Shown: positions 1 through 10,807, counted from the stretch's first letter. The stretch: DNA of 64,000 bases from an uncultured Rhodospirillaceae bacterium (GCA_964574215.1 CAZNLR010000019.1:7655-71654), one strand, 5' to 3'. A program made the numbers and translations. The notes: generated by a model from the sequence alone, not told the origin.

Positions 1-2
1 AG

Positions 3-410
3 CGGGAAATCAGATCCCGGCTGGTGCGGGATCTGGAGATTACGTTGCCTCAGTTCGACGTACTGGCCCAATTGGAACGAGATTATGACGGCGTGACCAT
101 GAGCCAGTTGTCTCAGCGCATGATGGTAACCAACGGCAACGTGACTGGTCTGGTGGACCGGCTGGCGCGGGAAGGTTTGGTGCATCGCGAGGCCGATCCC
201 CATGACCGGCGGTCAAACCGCGTCAGCCTGACCCCGGCCGGACGGGCCAAATTCAACAAAATGGTGCCCATCCATCATGGCTGGCTCGAAGACATGCTGG
301 GCGGATTGGATAAGGAAACCATCGAACAGCTCTATGAACATTTGAAAGGTCTCAAGACGTCGATTCTCGAGGCCAATCAGAAATCGGCCAATGGCCAAAA
401 TAGCAATTGA
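3..410 (+). CDS. MarR family transcriptional regulator, 5' end cut by the window edge
   Basis: The reading frame is open to position 1. Only ~8 aa precede the winged-HTH region LPQFDVLAQL...MSQLSQRMMVTNGNVTGLVDRLAREGLVHREADPHDRRSNRVSLTPAGR, which is typical MarR. The GTG at 24 is probably not the true start. Confidence 0.85.
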   Translation, partial: REIRSRLVRDLEITLPQFDVLAQLERDYDGVTMSQLSQRMMVTNGNVTGLVDRLAREGLVHREADPHDRRSNRVSLTPAGRAKFNKMVPIHHGWLEDMLGGLDKETIEQLYEHLKGLKTSILEANQKSANGQNSN

Positions 411-479
411 TTCAACGGGAACAAAAGTGATCCACAAAAATGATTCCGGGCAAAAGCCCGGTAACCAGGAGTTAGGTTA

Positions 480-2747
480 ATGAAAATAGTCTGTATCGGC
501 GGCGGCCCCGCCTCTCTGTATTTCTCTATGCTGGCAAAAAAGAATAATCCCGATTGGGATATCGAAGTCTATGAGCAAAATCCGGCCAACGTCACCTGGG
601 GGTTTGGCGTGGTCTTTTCCGACGAGACCATGGAAGGATTTCGCGGCGCCGATGAAAAGACCTACCAGGCCATCACCAACAGCTTCGTCCACTGGGACGA
701 TATCGATATTTTCTACAAAGGCACCCAAACCGTATCTAGAGGCCACGGTTTCGCCGGCATGCAGCGGCTTCGCCTGCTGCAAATCCTCGAGGAACGCGCC
801 CGCGAGGTCGGCGTGGTGGTGCAGCACGACATTCGAGTGACTGATGACGATCAGTTCCCGGATGCCGATCTGATCATCGCCGGCGACGGCATCGCCTCCG
901 CCATCCGGGAAAAATACGAGGACGAATTTATCGCCGATATCGTTTTCCGGCCCAACAAATTCGTCTGGCTGGGCTCCAACAAGGCCTTTGACACTTTTAC
1001 CTTCTATTTCAATGAGAACGAACACGGTTTGTGGCGGGCGCATTGCTATCAGTACATGCCTGGCAACTCGACATTTATCATCGAGACCACCGAAGACACC
1101 TGGCGGCGCGCCGGCCTGGAAGACGTGACCGAAGAGGAAACCGTCGCCTACTGCGCCAGGGTGTTCGAAAAAGAACTCGGCAACGACGTTCTGATCACCA
1201 ACAATTCGGTCTGGCGCACCTTCCCCAGGGTCAAGAACGCCAAATATTTCCACAAGAATATCGTTCTTCTGGGCGACGCCTTGCATACGGCGCATTTTTC
1301 CATCGGCTCCGGCACAAAGCTTGCCATGGAAGACGCCGTCGCCCTCAACGATGCATTGAATAACGCCTTTGCCGACGGCAAAAAATTGCAAGATGCCTTG
1401 CAGGCCTTCCAGGAAGAACGGGAGCCCGTCGTCGACAGTTTGCAGCGCGCCGCCCAGGTAAGCATGGAGTGGTTCGAAAATGTCGAGCGCTATCACGGGG
1501 TTATGGAACCGGCGCAGTTCGCCTTCAGCCTGCTGACCCGGTCATTGCGCATCACCCATGACAACCTCAATCTGAGGGACGCCGATCTTGTAACGGATAT
1601 CAATGAATGGGTGGCCGATACGGCGGAAAAACAAAGTGGTGTGCCCCGTGAACATCCGACGCCGCCGCCGATTTTTACGCCCTTTCGCTTGCGGGAACTG
1701 GTGCTGGACAACCGCATCGCCGTGTCCCCCATGTGCATGTATTCCGCCGATGACGGTTTGATCGATGATTGGCATTTGGTGCATTTGGGCAGCCGCGCCA
1801 TGGGTGGTGCCGGTTTGTTGATGACGGAAGCAACCGCCATTAGCCCGCAGGGCCGTATCACCGCGGGATGCGCCGGTCTTTATAAGGACGAGCATATCGC
1901 CGCCTGGAAGAAAGTCGTCGATTTTGTCCACGCCAAGACCAATACCAAGGTCGGCACTCAGCTATGCCATGCCGGCCGGAAAGCGTCGACCAAGTTCCCC
2001 TTGGAAGGAGGAGAGCAGGTTTCTCTGGGTGAAGACAATTGGGAAATTATTGGGCCATCGCCGATTGCCTATACCAATGACACCCAAACGCCCCGGGAAA
2101 TGACCCGGGAAGATATGGATCAGGTGAGGGATGATTTCGTCGCCGCCACCCAGCGCGCCGAAGCCTGCGGCTTCGATATTTTGGAGCTGCATTGCGCCCA
2201 CGGGTATTTGCTATCGAGCTTCATGTCGCCCCAGACCAACCAGCGGGAAGACGACTACGGCGGTACACTCGAAAACCGCCTGCGCTTTCCCTTGGAGGTC
2301 TTCGCCGCCATGCGCGATGTCTGGCCGGAAGAGAAACCCATGTCCGTGCGTATTTCGGCGACCGACTGGGCCGACGGCGGGTTTTCAGCCGAAGACGCCG
2401 TTGCAGCATCCAAAATGTTCAAAGCGGCAGGCTGCGACATTTTGGACGTTTCCGCCGGTCAGGTGGTGGCTGAACAGAAACCGGTCTACGGCCGCTTGTT
2501 TCAGACGCCCTTTTCCGACAAGGTGCGCCTGGAGGCCGATATTCCCACCATGACCGTGGGCAATATCCAGTCCTACGCCGATGCCAATTCCATCATTGCC
2601 GGCGGCCGGGCCGATATCTGTGTGATCGCGCGTATGCATCTGTTCGATCCCTACTGGACCCGCCACGCCGCCAATGATCTGGGCTATGATCTGGAAATGC
2701 CCGACCAGTACAAATCCGTCCAGGACTACACCCCCCGCTGGAACTAG
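480..2747 (+). CDS. Fused FAD-dependent monooxygenase / Old-Yellow-Enzyme-type flavin oxidoreductase (salicylyl-CoA 5-hydroxylase-type architecture)
   Basis: 755 aa. N-terminus has [14 protein letters not shown] (Rossmann GxGxxG) and [21 protein letters not shown] (FAD monooxygenase motif). C-terminal half has [23 protein letters not shown]...[14 protein letters not shown] (OYE TIM barrel). AGGAG RBS before the ATG. Confidence 0.8.
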   Translation: MKIVCIGGGPASLYFSMLAKKNNPDWDIEVYEQNPANVTWGFGVVFSDETMEGFRGADEKTYQAITNSFVHWDDIDIFYKGTQTVSRGHGFAGMQRLRLLQILEERAREVGVVVQHDIRVTDDDQFPDADLIIAGDGIASAIREKYEDEFIADIVFRPNKFVWLGSNKAFDTFTFYFNENEHGLWRAHCYQYMPGNSTFIIETTEDTWRRAGLEDVTEEETVAYCARVFEKELGNDVLITNNSVWRTFPRVKNAKYFHKNIVLLGDALHTAHFSIGSGTKLAMEDAVALNDALNNAFADGKKLQDALQAFQEEREPVVDSLQRAAQVSMEWFENVERYHGVMEPAQFAFSLLTRSLRITHDNLNLRDADLVTDINEWVADTAEKQSGVPREHPTPPPIFTPFRLRELVLDNRIAVSPMCMYSADDGLIDDWHLVHLGSRAMGGAGLLMTEATAISPQGRITAGCAGLYKDEHIAAWKKVVDFVHAKTNTKVGTQLCHAGRKASTKFPLEGGEQVSLGEDNWEIIGPSPIAYTNDTQTPREMTREDMDQVRDDFVAATQRAEACGFDILELHCAHGYLLSSFMSPQTNQREDDYGGTLENRLRFPLEVFAAMRDVWPEEKPMSVRISATDWADGGFSAEDAVAASKMFKAAGCDILDVSAGQVVAEQKPVYGRLFQTPFSDKVRLEADIPTMTVGNIQSYADANSIIAGGRADICVIARMHLFDPYWTRHAANDLGYDLEMPDQYKSVQDYTPRWN

Positions 2748-2797
2748 GTGGCGGAAATTAGATTGAACGTGGCCAGGCAGCGAGGATCGCAGCGAAT

Positions 2798-3223
2798 ATG
2801 ACTGACCCGAAAAAACGCCCGCGTTGGGCCATCGCCGTTTCCGTTTTTGTCGGCATATTTGGTGTTTTGACGCTTAAGTCAGGCGGCGAGGTGCTGTTCA
2901 TTGATGGTGCCGGACGCGAAGCGGCGGGAAACTACCTGCCTTTCGTCGTATGGTTCAATTTTCTGGCGGGATTCGCCTATATCGCGGGCGCAATCGGTTT
3001 GGCCTTCTGGAGGCCTTGGACCGCGCAACTGGCGCTGACGATTGCGGTTCTGACAGTGTTGGTTTTCCTTGCTTTTGGCGTTCACATACTGGTGGGTGGC
3101 CCCTATGAGGTCCGAACGGTTGCGGCAATGACACTTAGAAGCCTCATTTGGCTCGGCGTTGCCTTCTCCCTACGCGGAAAATTTATAATCGACGACGACG
3201 TAGGGCCATCTGCGACTCAATGA
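2798..3223 (+). CDS. Small integral membrane protein, unknown function
   Basis: 141 aa with about four hydrophobic helices. Its stop overlaps the next gene's start (ATGA at 3220-3223), suggesting translational coupling. No family recognised. Confidence 0.55.
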   Translation: MTDPKKRPRWAIAVSVFVGIFGVLTLKSGGEVLFIDGAGREAAGNYLPFVVWFNFLAGFAYIAGAIGLAFWRPWTAQLALTIAVLTVLVFLAFGVHILVGGPYEVRTVAAMTLRSLIWLGVAFSLRGKFIIDDDVGPSATQ

Positions 3224-3963
3224 TCGAATTTGTATCTGACCTTCTGACCATCGAACTGCTGATGGCGTTCGGTATATGTTTGCTGGGCGGCACCATGCAC
3301 GGCTTTACGGGCTGGGGCGGCGGCATCGTTATGATGCCGTTGATGACACTGATTTACGATCCCGTCGAGGCACTGGCGATTATCGCCGTCGGCGGATTGG
3401 TGCTTACGGCTCAGATGTACCCGTCGGCGATCCGAACGGCCAACTGGCGCGGCATGCGGCCTTTGTACCTGACGCTGCTGATCGCGACGCCTTTGGGAAG
3501 TTTGGTGCTGCTGCATCTCGATCCGTCAATCGTACGGCGGTTTATCGGTGTGGTCATCATTGCCGCTGCGCTGGTGCTCCTGAGCGGCTGGCAGTATCGT
3601 GGCAGCCGTGGTCCGCTATCGGCTTCCTTGTTCGGCACGTTGGCCGGATTTGTCAACGGCCTGACCGGTACGGGCGGCCCACCTCTGGTTATCTACGTTC
3701 TGGCATTCCCGGAAAGTGTTAAAGTTCAGCGCGCGAATATTATCATCGGTGCCGGTATTATGATCCTGTTGATTTTGGTCACCCTGACCTTGGGCGGTGA
3801 GGTGAGTTGGAAGATTCTAACCCTTGGCGTCATCTTGGGAGCAGCCCAGGTCGGCGGCGGCGGGATCGGACTATATCTGTTTAGAATTGCGCCTCAGGAA
3901 TTTTTCCGGCGGGTTACCTTGGCGGCGCTGATCATTCTCGGCGCTTTGACCGTTTTCAAATAG
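3220..3963 (+). CDS. TauE/SafE (DUF81) family anion exporter-like permease
   Basis: 247 aa polytopic membrane protein with GxxGxGGG-type motifs (HGFTGWGGGIVMMP, GLTGTGGPPLVIYVL). I chose the ATG at 3220 rather than the 3148 ORF start, whose Arg-rich extension overlaps the upstream gene. Confidence 0.8.
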   Translation: MIEFVSDLLTIELLMAFGICLLGGTMHGFTGWGGGIVMMPLMTLIYDPVEALAIIAVGGLVLTAQMYPSAIRTANWRGMRPLYLTLLIATPLGSLVLLHLDPSIVRRFIGVVIIAAALVLLSGWQYRGSRGPLSASLFGTLAGFVNGLTGTGGPPLVIYVLAFPESVKVQRANIIIGAGIMILLILVTLTLGGEVSWKILTLGVILGAAQVGGGGIGLYLFRIAPQEFFRRVTLAALIILGALTVFK

Positions 3964-4046
3964 TTGATCTTGGTCGTTACCTGATAGCTTTTATCTGACT
4001 TACGGCTATCATTGATCTTATACCGGACACAAAGAGAGTAGGGCCC

Positions 4047-4385
4047 ATGACGTATGTTTTGACGGGATTGATTTTTGCCGCTGCGGCGGCAACGGAGATC
4101 GGCGGCAGTTACGCCTTTTGGGCCTGGCTGAGATTGGATAAAAGCATACTGCTGATTGTGCCGGGGATATTATCCCTGGGTATTTTCGCCTTTTTGCTGA
4201 CCCGTATCGACAGTGCTTTTGCAGGCAGGGCGTTTGCCGCCTATGGCGGGGTCTATATCGTGGGATCTCTGATTTGGCTTCGGCTGGTGGAGGGCAAGTC
4301 GCCCGACCGCTGGGATGTGCTGGGCGGCGCCATCTGTTTGATCGGCGCGGCGGTTATCCTCTTCGGACCGAGGCCGTCGGTGTAA
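4047..4385 (+). CDS. YnfA/UPF0060 family small membrane protein
   Basis: 112 aa, 4 [15 protein letters not shown] and [13 protein letters not shown] motifs are characteristic of YnfA. Confidence 0.8.
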   Translation: MTYVLTGLIFAAAAATEIGGSYAFWAWLRLDKSILLIVPGILSLGIFAFLLTRIDSAFAGRAFAAYGGVYIVGSLIWLRLVEGKSPDRWDVLGGAICLIGAAVILFGPRPSV

Positions 4386-4392
4386 TTGAGAC

Positions 4393-5001
4393 TTAAACCC
4401 GGACCCGCCGCCAATACCGGTATCCCAGCAACAGTGCCACCAGCGAGCCATAGATGATCGGACGCGTGAAGTCGGCGCGGATCATCATGGTGAAATGAAA
4501 GATGCCCAGGATGGCGATAAGATAGATCAATCGGTGGAGCTTCTGCCAGTTTTTGCCGCCCAGCCGCTTGATCATTTTTTTGGTGGAGGTGGCGGCAAGG
4601 GGTATCAGCAGGATAAATGTGATAATGCCGACGGTGATGTAATTGCGCTTGATGACATCCTTGATGAAGGCTGCCAGTTCGAACTGCAGGTTGATCCCCA
4701 CATAGCTGGAAACGTGCAGCAGCACATAGAAAAAGGCGAACAGGCCGATCATGCGCCGGTAGGCGATCAGGTCACGGACGCCGCTCAATTCCGAGACCGG
4801 GCGGATGGCCAAAGTGGCAATGATCAAGATGAGCGCCCAGTCGCCCAACTCCCGGTCGAGCTTCTGCACCGGATCGGCGGTCATGTACTGGGTGCCGAAA
4901 TTTGAATCCGAATATAGGGCAAATATCAACCAGCCCAAAGGAACCAGGCAGAGAATAAAAACGGTGGGCTTAAATATCAGCCGCGATTTTTTTTTCGTCA
5001 T
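4393..5001 (-). CDS. msrQ: Protein-methionine-sulfoxide reductase heme-binding subunit MsrQ (YedZ)
   Basis: 202 aa ferric-reductase-like 6-TM protein with conserved His residues. It starts 4 nt downstream of msrP. Confidence 0.85.
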   Translation of the reverse strand: MTKKKSRLIFKPTVFILCLVPLGWLIFALYSDSNFGTQYMTADPVQKLDRELGDWALILIIATLAIRPVSELSGVRDLIAYRRMIGLFAFFYVLLHVSSYVGINLQFELAAFIKDVIKRNYITVGIITFILLIPLAATSTKKMIKRLGGKNWQKLHRLIYLIAILGIFHFTMMIRADFTRPIIYGSLVALLLGYRYWRRVRV

Positions 5002-5005
5002 ATAT

Positions 5006-6007
5006 TTAAATAAATTTTTTCAAATCCATACCGGAATAAAGGCCCGCCACTTCTTCGGCGTAGCCGTTAAACATTAAAGTTTCGATTTTCGGCGTGAACA
5101 GGGCGCTGAAACCGCCTTCGCCGGTAATCCGCCGTTCCTTAGCCTGACTCCAACGCGGATGATCGACTTTTGGATTAACGTTGGAATAAAATCCGTATTC
5201 ATTGGGCGCCTGGATATTCCAGGTAGCGGGCGGTTCTTTCTCGACGAAACTGATTTTAACAATGGATTTGATGCTCTTGAAACCGTACTTCCAGGGCACC
5301 ACCAGGCGCAGGGGGGCGCCGTTCTGTTTGGGCATTTCCTCACCGTAGACACCGACCGCCATCAATGTCAGGGGATGCATGGCTTCATCCATGCGCAGCC
5401 CTTCCACATAGGGCCAGGGTAGAATAGGCAATTTTTGCGCCGGCATCTGTTTTTTGTCGACCAGTGTTTCAAAGGCGACATATTTGGCCTTCGACGTCGG
5501 CTCTAACCGTTTGATGATATCGGCCAGTGACACGCCTACCCAGGGAATGACCATGGACCAGGCTTCGACGCAGCGCATGCGGTAAATGCGTTCCTCCAAC
5601 CGGTGTGGTTTGATCAGGTCTTGGTAATCGAAGGTGCCGGTCTTTGCCGCGTGGCCGGTGACCTCGACGGTCCAGGGATGGGGTTTTAACGTATCGGCGT
5701 TTTCCGACGGGTCCGATTTGCCGGTGCCGAATTCATAAAAATTATTATGGGTGGTGATAGCCTTGAAGGTGGTCAGTCTTTCCGCCTCGCCAAAATTGGT
5801 TTTATGAAGGTTGGGAAACTTTTTACCGGTGGGCCTTTCCGCGTTGGCTTCGCCGGGTGTCATAAGAGACGGCAAGAGAGCCGCACCACCAGCTGCCACA
5901 CCTACTCCAGACGCCAGTTGAATAAATTTCCGGCGGTTGAGGAACACCTCTTTTTTGGTGATCTCCCAGGATTTTACATCCGACGCTTTTTTCCGTTTGA
6001 TCAGCAT
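5006..6007 (-). CDS. msrP: Protein-methionine-sulfoxide reductase catalytic subunit MsrP (YedY), molybdopterin enzyme with Tat signal
   Basis: Twin-arginine signal [18 protein letters not shown] and a sulfite-oxidase-fold body ([14 protein letters not shown]). ATG at 6007 preferred over the TTG at 6016, with AAGGA upstream. Confidence 0.9.
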   Translation of the reverse strand: MLIKRKKASDVKSWEITKKEVFLNRRKFIQLASGVGVAAGGAALLPSLMTPGEANAERPTGKKFPNLHKTNFGEAERLTTFKAITTHNNFYEFGTGKSDPSENADTLKPHPWTVEVTGHAAKTGTFDYQDLIKPHRLEERIYRMRCVEAWSMVIPWVGVSLADIIKRLEPTSKAKYVAFETLVDKKQMPAQKLPILPWPYVEGLRMDEAMHPLTLMAVGVYGEEMPKQNGAPLRLVVPWKYGFKSIKSIVKISFVEKEPPATWNIQAPNEYGFYSNVNPKVDHPRWSQAKERRITGEGGFSALFTPKIETLMFNGYAEEVAGLYSGMDLKKFI

Positions 6008-6139
6008 ACGGCCCAATTCCTTATTCCAGCGGTGCCTATATTGGAATTATTCCAGATTTTCTCCATTTGTCAGATAATAATGCCGTGAACATGAAATTAT
6101 TCCATGTTCCACACTATCAAAGCCATTGCTTTGCTGCCT

Positions 6140-6583
6140 TTACGAACCTTTGGCCAATTTTTCTTCCGCAGCGGCCGCGGCGGTTTCGGATGCCGCATCC
6201 TCCAGGGTTTCACGGGCAACGTTCGGGGCCAGGGGTTCCGGTTTCTTTTCAGGCTCTTCGTATTGAATTTGAATCATCATTGAGACCGATTCGTCCTCGG
6301 CCATCAAAACCTTGCGGGCGTCCCGGGCCAAAGGAATTTTCTGGGTGCGGCAGAACAGGATGATGGCCGCCGCCACGTGCTCCTGGGCAAACTCGACGGC
6401 GCGAACTTCATTGGGGTCCGATGGCGTGAAAACCAGTTTAACGGCAACGCCGTTTTCCTTGGATACGATGACGTCTTCGATATTGGCGTTGGGCAGGCGC
6501 ATTTCGCTGCGCAGAGCGTAATTCACCAGCGCCGCCTGTAGTTCAGATTGGCTGAAGGATAACTTCCGCATTTCCTGCGGCAT
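6140..6583 (-). CDS. Hypothetical protein with acidic, Ala/Glu-rich C-terminal tail
   Basis: 147-aa ORF with an ATG start that fills the gap between msrP and polA. No motif recognised. Confidence 0.5.
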   Translation of the reverse strand: MPQEMRKLSFSQSELQAALVNYALRSEMRLPNANIEDVIVSKENGVAVKLVFTPSDPNEVRAVEFAQEHVAAAIILFCRTQKIPLARDARKVLMAEDESVSMMIQIQYEEPEKKPEPLAPNVARETLEDAASETAAAAAEEKLAKGS

Positions 6584-6646
6584 GGTTCAAAGTCCCCCTA
6601 GTGCGAATCCCAAATTTTCATCTTGGTTTAGAATCCCGTTAACGTC

Positions 6647-9469
6647 TTAGTGCGCTTCATCCCAGTTTTTACCATGACCCGTATCGACGACCAAAGGTAC
6701 GTCAAGTTGCGCCACTGATTCCATTATATTTTTAGCGACATTCGCCGCTTCGTCCAATTCTTTTTCCGGTACATCCAACACCAATTCATCATGCACCTGC
6801 AACAATATCTTGGCTTTTAGGCCGGAATCCCTCAAGGCGCCCGGTAATCTGATCATGGCGCGTTTGATAATGTCGGCGGCGCCTCCCTGGATCGGCGCGT
6901 TGATGGCAGCCCGTTCCGCGAAGTTGCGGCGGGCGGCGTTTTTATCCTGAATCCCCGGCACATAGCATTTGCGGCCGTAGAGTGTGGTGACATAGCCGCG
7001 TTCACGGGCGCTTTCCTTGGTTTCCTCCATGTAGGCGCGAATGCCCGGATAGCGGTCGAAATAGGCGTCTATATAGCGGGCGGCCTCGCCCCTGGGGATA
7101 TCCAGTTGCCGGGCCAGGCCGAACGCCGATATACCGTAAATGATGCCGAAATTGATCGCCTTGGCTTGGCGGCGGATCATGGGGTCCATGCCTTCCACCG
7201 GCACATCGAAGACCTGGGAAGCGGTGAGGGCGTGAATGTCCTGGCCGTCGCGAAAGGCCTCTTTCAATACATCGATCCCGGCGACATGGGCGAGCAACCT
7301 CAGTTCGATCTGGGAATAGTCGGCGGACAGCAAGACACATCCCTTGGCCGGGACGAAAGCCTGGCGGATTTTGCGGCCCTCCTCCGTACGGATGGGAATG
7401 TTTTGCAGATTGGGGTCGGTGGAACTCAAGCGTCCCGTCGAGGCAATGGCCTGACCGTAGGAGGTATGAACCCGTCCCGTCTCGGGATTGATCTGTTCGA
7501 TCAGAGCATCCGTATAGGTGCTCTTCAACTTGGCCAGTTGGCGGAAATCGAGCACCCGCGCCGGCAGTTCATGGCCCTCGGCCGCCAATCCTTCCAGGAT
7601 ATCGGCGCCGGTGCCGTAAGCGCCGGTCTTGCCTTTTTTGCCGCCTTCGATCCCCATTTCATCGAACAGGATTTCACCCAACTGTTTGGGGGAATTGATG
7701 TTGAATTCACGCCCTGCCAATTGGTGAATATCCGTTTCCAGATCGCCCAGCCGTTTGGCGAAATCGGCGCTCAAATTCTTAAGCACCTTGGCGTCGACGG
7801 CGATACCCGTCCGTTCCATCTCGGTCAGGACGCTGATCAACGGGCGCTCCATATTTTCGTAAATGCTGACCATATGATCCTGAACCAGACGCGGCTTTAG
7901 TGTCCGGTGCAGCCGGAGGGTGATATCGGCATCCTCGGCGGCGTAATCGAGTGCTTTGGCCAAATCCACTTTGTCGAACGTCACCTGGGATTTACCGGTG
8001 CCGGCAACCTCTTTGTATTTGATATTGGTGTGGCCGAAATGAAGTTCGGCCAGATCATCCATGCCGTGGCCGTGCAGTCCGCCTTCGAGCACGTATGAAA
8101 TCAGCATGGTGTCGTCCACCGGCGCGATTTCGATACCGTACCGGCCCAATACTTCCGCATCGTACTTCATGTTATGGCCCACCTTGAGAACCGTCGGGTC
8201 TTCCAGCAAGGGCTTTAACAGTTTGACCGCCTTGTCGCGCGGGACCTGTTCGATGTCCGATGGGCCGCTTGGTTCTTCCAACCCCAAATCCAAGCTCGAT
8301 TGCTCTTCGGGGGCCGTGTGGGCGACCGGGATATAACAGGCCTTGCCCGGTTCAATCGACATGGAAACACCAACCAGTTCCGCCTCCATGGAATTGAGCG
8401 ATGTGGTTTCCGTGTCGACCGCCACCACGCCCCTGGCTGTCGCCTCGTCGATCCAACGTTCTAGGGCGGCTTGGTCCTGCACCAGTTCATAATCCGTTTC
8501 CATCGGACCGGCGTCCGCTGCACTGAATTCCACTGGCGCGGCCGTTCCTGTGCCGCCATTATCCGTCGTCGTGGTTTTATTTTCAGCGACCGGCGCGGTC
8601 GGTGCTTTGGCGCCTGTTTGGCTTTCAACCCGTTTGATCAGGGATTTGAAATCCTGTTCCTGCAGAAAGGCCAGAAACTTTTCGGGATCACTCTCTTTGA
8701 CGGCAAATTCCTCCAAGGGCACTTCGACGGGAACATCGTCTTTGAGGGTCACCAGATCGCGGGAAATTCGGGCAAGATCGGCCTGCTCGATCAAAGCTTC
8801 GCGCCGCTTGGGCTGTTTGATTTCGCCCGCATGTTCAAGGACGCCGTCCAGGTCGCCATATTCGTTGATCAGCAAGGCCGCCGTTTTAACGCCGATACCG
8901 GCGACGCCCGGCACATTGTCCGACGAATCGCCCGCCAGCGCCTGCACATCGATGATCCGGTCGGGACCGACGCCGAATTTCTCGACCACCTCGTCCGGGC
9001 CAATCTCTTTGTTTTTCATGACGTCGAACAATTTGACCCCGGGGCCGACCGTCTGCATCAAATCCTTATCGGTGGAGACAATGGTGACATCGGCGCCCTT
9101 TTCAATGGCCTGGCGCGCGTAGGTGGCGATGAGGTCATCGGCCTCGAAGCCCTCCATATCCACCGCCGGAATATTAAACGCCCGCGTAGCTTCGCGGACC
9201 AGGTCGAATTGGGGGATCAGATCGTCCGGCGGGGGCGGCCGGTGGGCCTTGTATTCCGGGTAAATGTCGCTGCGGAAGGTTTTGCGCGCGCGGTCGAAAA
9301 TGACGGCTATGTGGTCGGCGTTGGTGTCCGCGACCATTTTCATCAGCATTTGCGTGAAACCGTACACGGCATTGGTCGGCGTACCGTCCGGCCGGGTCAT
9401 TTGCGCTTTGACACCGTAATAAGCGCGAAACAGGAATCCCGATCCGTCGATCAGAAAGACGTGTTTCAT
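6647..9469 (-). CDS. polA: DNA polymerase I
   Basis: 940 aa with a 5'-3' exonuclease N-terminus, a 3'-5' exonuclease domain (VAVDTETTSL), and polymerase motifs (DYSQIELRLLAH, QVHDELV). Confidence 0.97.
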   Translation of the reverse strand: MKHVFLIDGSGFLFRAYYGVKAQMTRPDGTPTNAVYGFTQMLMKMVADTNADHIAVIFDRARKTFRSDIYPEYKAHRPPPPDDLIPQFDLVREATRAFNIPAVDMEGFEADDLIATYARQAIEKGADVTIVSTDKDLMQTVGPGVKLFDVMKNKEIGPDEVVEKFGVGPDRIIDVQALAGDSSDNVPGVAGIGVKTAALLINEYGDLDGVLEHAGEIKQPKRREALIEQADLARISRDLVTLKDDVPVEVPLEEFAVKESDPEKFLAFLQEQDFKSLIKRVESQTGAKAPTAPVAENKTTTTDNGGTGTAAPVEFSAADAGPMETDYELVQDQAALERWIDEATARGVVAVDTETTSLNSMEAELVGVSMSIEPGKACYIPVAHTAPEEQSSLDLGLEEPSGPSDIEQVPRDKAVKLLKPLLEDPTVLKVGHNMKYDAEVLGRYGIEIAPVDDTMLISYVLEGGLHGHGMDDLAELHFGHTNIKYKEVAGTGKSQVTFDKVDLAKALDYAAEDADITLRLHRTLKPRLVQDHMVSIYENMERPLISVLTEMERTGIAVDAKVLKNLSADFAKRLGDLETDIHQLAGREFNINSPKQLGEILFDEMGIEGGKKGKTGAYGTGADILEGLAAEGHELPARVLDFRQLAKLKSTYTDALIEQINPETGRVHTSYGQAIASTGRLSSTDPNLQNIPIRTEEGRKIRQAFVPAKGCVLLSADYSQIELRLLAHVAGIDVLKEAFRDGQDIHALTASQVFDVPVEGMDPMIRRQAKAINFGIIYGISAFGLARQLDIPRGEAARYIDAYFDRYPGIRAYMEETKESARERGYVTTLYGRKCYVPGIQDKNAARRNFAERAAINAPIQGGAADIIKRAMIRLPGALRDSGLKAKILLQVHDELVLDVPEKELDEAANVAKNIMESVAQLDVPLVVDTGHGKNWDEAH

Positions 9470-9486
9470 ATCTTTGGACGATTGGC

Positions 9487-9675
9487 TCAGTGCTCTGACG
9501 CTCCGGACGTCTCTCCGCTCCAGACGAACGTACGGCTACAGTAGGGGCAGACCACTTGCCCGTCGTCGCCCATATTCAAGTAGACTTTCGGATGGCCGCC
9601 GGCCCCGCCGCCGCCATCGCAATCGACCTGTTTGCTGTCAGAAATAAAAGTCTGTTCGGTTTCGGTGCTGTCCAT
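9487..9675 (-). CDS. Zinc-finger (zf-CHCC / NDUFS6-like) small protein
   Basis: 62 aa ending HPKVYLNMGDDGQVVCPYCSRTF. ATG at 9675 has GAGG 8 nt upstream; the longer 9750 start adds an implausible basic extension. Confidence 0.7.
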   Translation of the reverse strand: MDSTETEQTFISDSKQVDCDGGGGAGGHPKVYLNMGDDGQVVCPYCSRTFVWSGETSGASEH

Positions 9676-9815
9676 TCTACGCCTCGGATTTCTTTTGATT
9701 TTGAAACTCTTGCGCCCGCCAATTTTGCCTTGGAAATTAGATTGACCCAAGCATAGGTGAATGATACCGAAAGACGCCCCACAATCAACACTCAGCTAAA
9801 TGAAATTAGAGCGAA

Positions 9816-10802
9816 ATGACGAACAACCAGCCATCGGATGCCCCCGACCTTGCTGTTGAGATTAAGGGCTTAAACAAGACCTATGCGGGAAATTCCATGC
9901 AGCCGCCCAAAGAGGCGCTGATCGACGTCAATCTGGAAATTCCCCGGGGCTCGTTTTTCGGCCTGCTGGGTCCCAACGGCGCCGGTAAATCGACCATCAT
10001 CAATATCATGGCCGGTTTGGTGTTGAAGACGTCGGGCGACGTTAAGGTCTGGGGCTACGATATCGAGACGCAAATGCGTCAGGCGCGCTCGGCCATCGGC
10101 GTGGTGCCTCAGGAACTGAACATCGATCCCTTTTTTACCCCACGGGAAATTCTGGAAGTGCAGGCCGGCCTTTACGGCGTGCCCAAAGCCCAGCGCCGCA
10201 CCGATGAAATCCTCGAAGCCGTCCGCCTGACCGACAAGGCGGACTCTTACGCCCGCACCCTCTCCGGCGGTATGCGGCGGCGCATGCTGGTGGCCAAGGC
10301 CATGGTCCACTCACCGCCCATCCTGGTGCTGGATGAACCGACCGCCGGGGTCGATGTGGAACTTCGCCAGCAGCTTTGGTCCTATGTCCGTTCGCTCCGG
10401 GAACTGGGAGCGACCATCCTGCTGACCACCCACTATCTGGAAGAGGCCGAGGAATTGTGTGATCAGATCGCCATTATTAATAACGGTCAAGTGGTCACCA
10501 GCCAGCATACGGAGGATCTTCTGCGCAGCCTCGATTCGAAGGAGTTGATCATCACGGTCGACAAGGATTTGGCGGCGACACCTGATAATCTCGGCAGGTT
10601 CAATGTGGAACTGCAGAACAGCCGGAAATTGGTTTTCCATGTGCCGCCCAGCCAGGTCCCGGTCGAAGAGGTGCTGGAAGCGGTGCGCGCCGAAGGTCTG
10701 GGAATCGCCGATTTGACCACCAAGGAATCCGATCTCGAAGATATCTTCCTGATGATGACCCGTGAAAACGGAAGTTTGCGGGACGGAGAGCCCGGCGGGT
10801 AA
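9816..10802 (+). CDS. ABC transporter ATP-binding protein (ABC-2/DrrA-like, with C-terminal extension)
   Basis: Walker A GPNGAGKST, signature LSGGMRRR, Walker B ILVLDEPTAGVD. Confidence 0.9.
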   Translation: MTNNQPSDAPDLAVEIKGLNKTYAGNSMQPPKEALIDVNLEIPRGSFFGLLGPNGAGKSTIINIMAGLVLKTSGDVKVWGYDIETQMRQARSAIGVVPQELNIDPFFTPREILEVQAGLYGVPKAQRRTDEILEAVRLTDKADSYARTLSGGMRRRMLVAKAMVHSPPILVLDEPTAGVDVELRQQLWSYVRSLRELGATILLTTHYLEEAEELCDQIAIINNGQVVTSQHTEDLLRSLDSKELIITVDKDLAATPDNLGRFNVELQNSRKLVFHVPPSQVPVEEVLEAVRAEGLGIADLTTKESDLEDIFLMMTRENGSLRDGEPGG

Positions 10803-10807
10803 AAAGA

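Noticed and set aside
8471-9544. 357-aa ORF on the + strand, inside polA
   Set aside because: It is antisense to a full-length, motif-rich DNA polymerase I. Its composition is Arg/Gly/Asp-rich and low in complexity with no family motif, as expected for shadow ORFs in GC-rich coding DNA.
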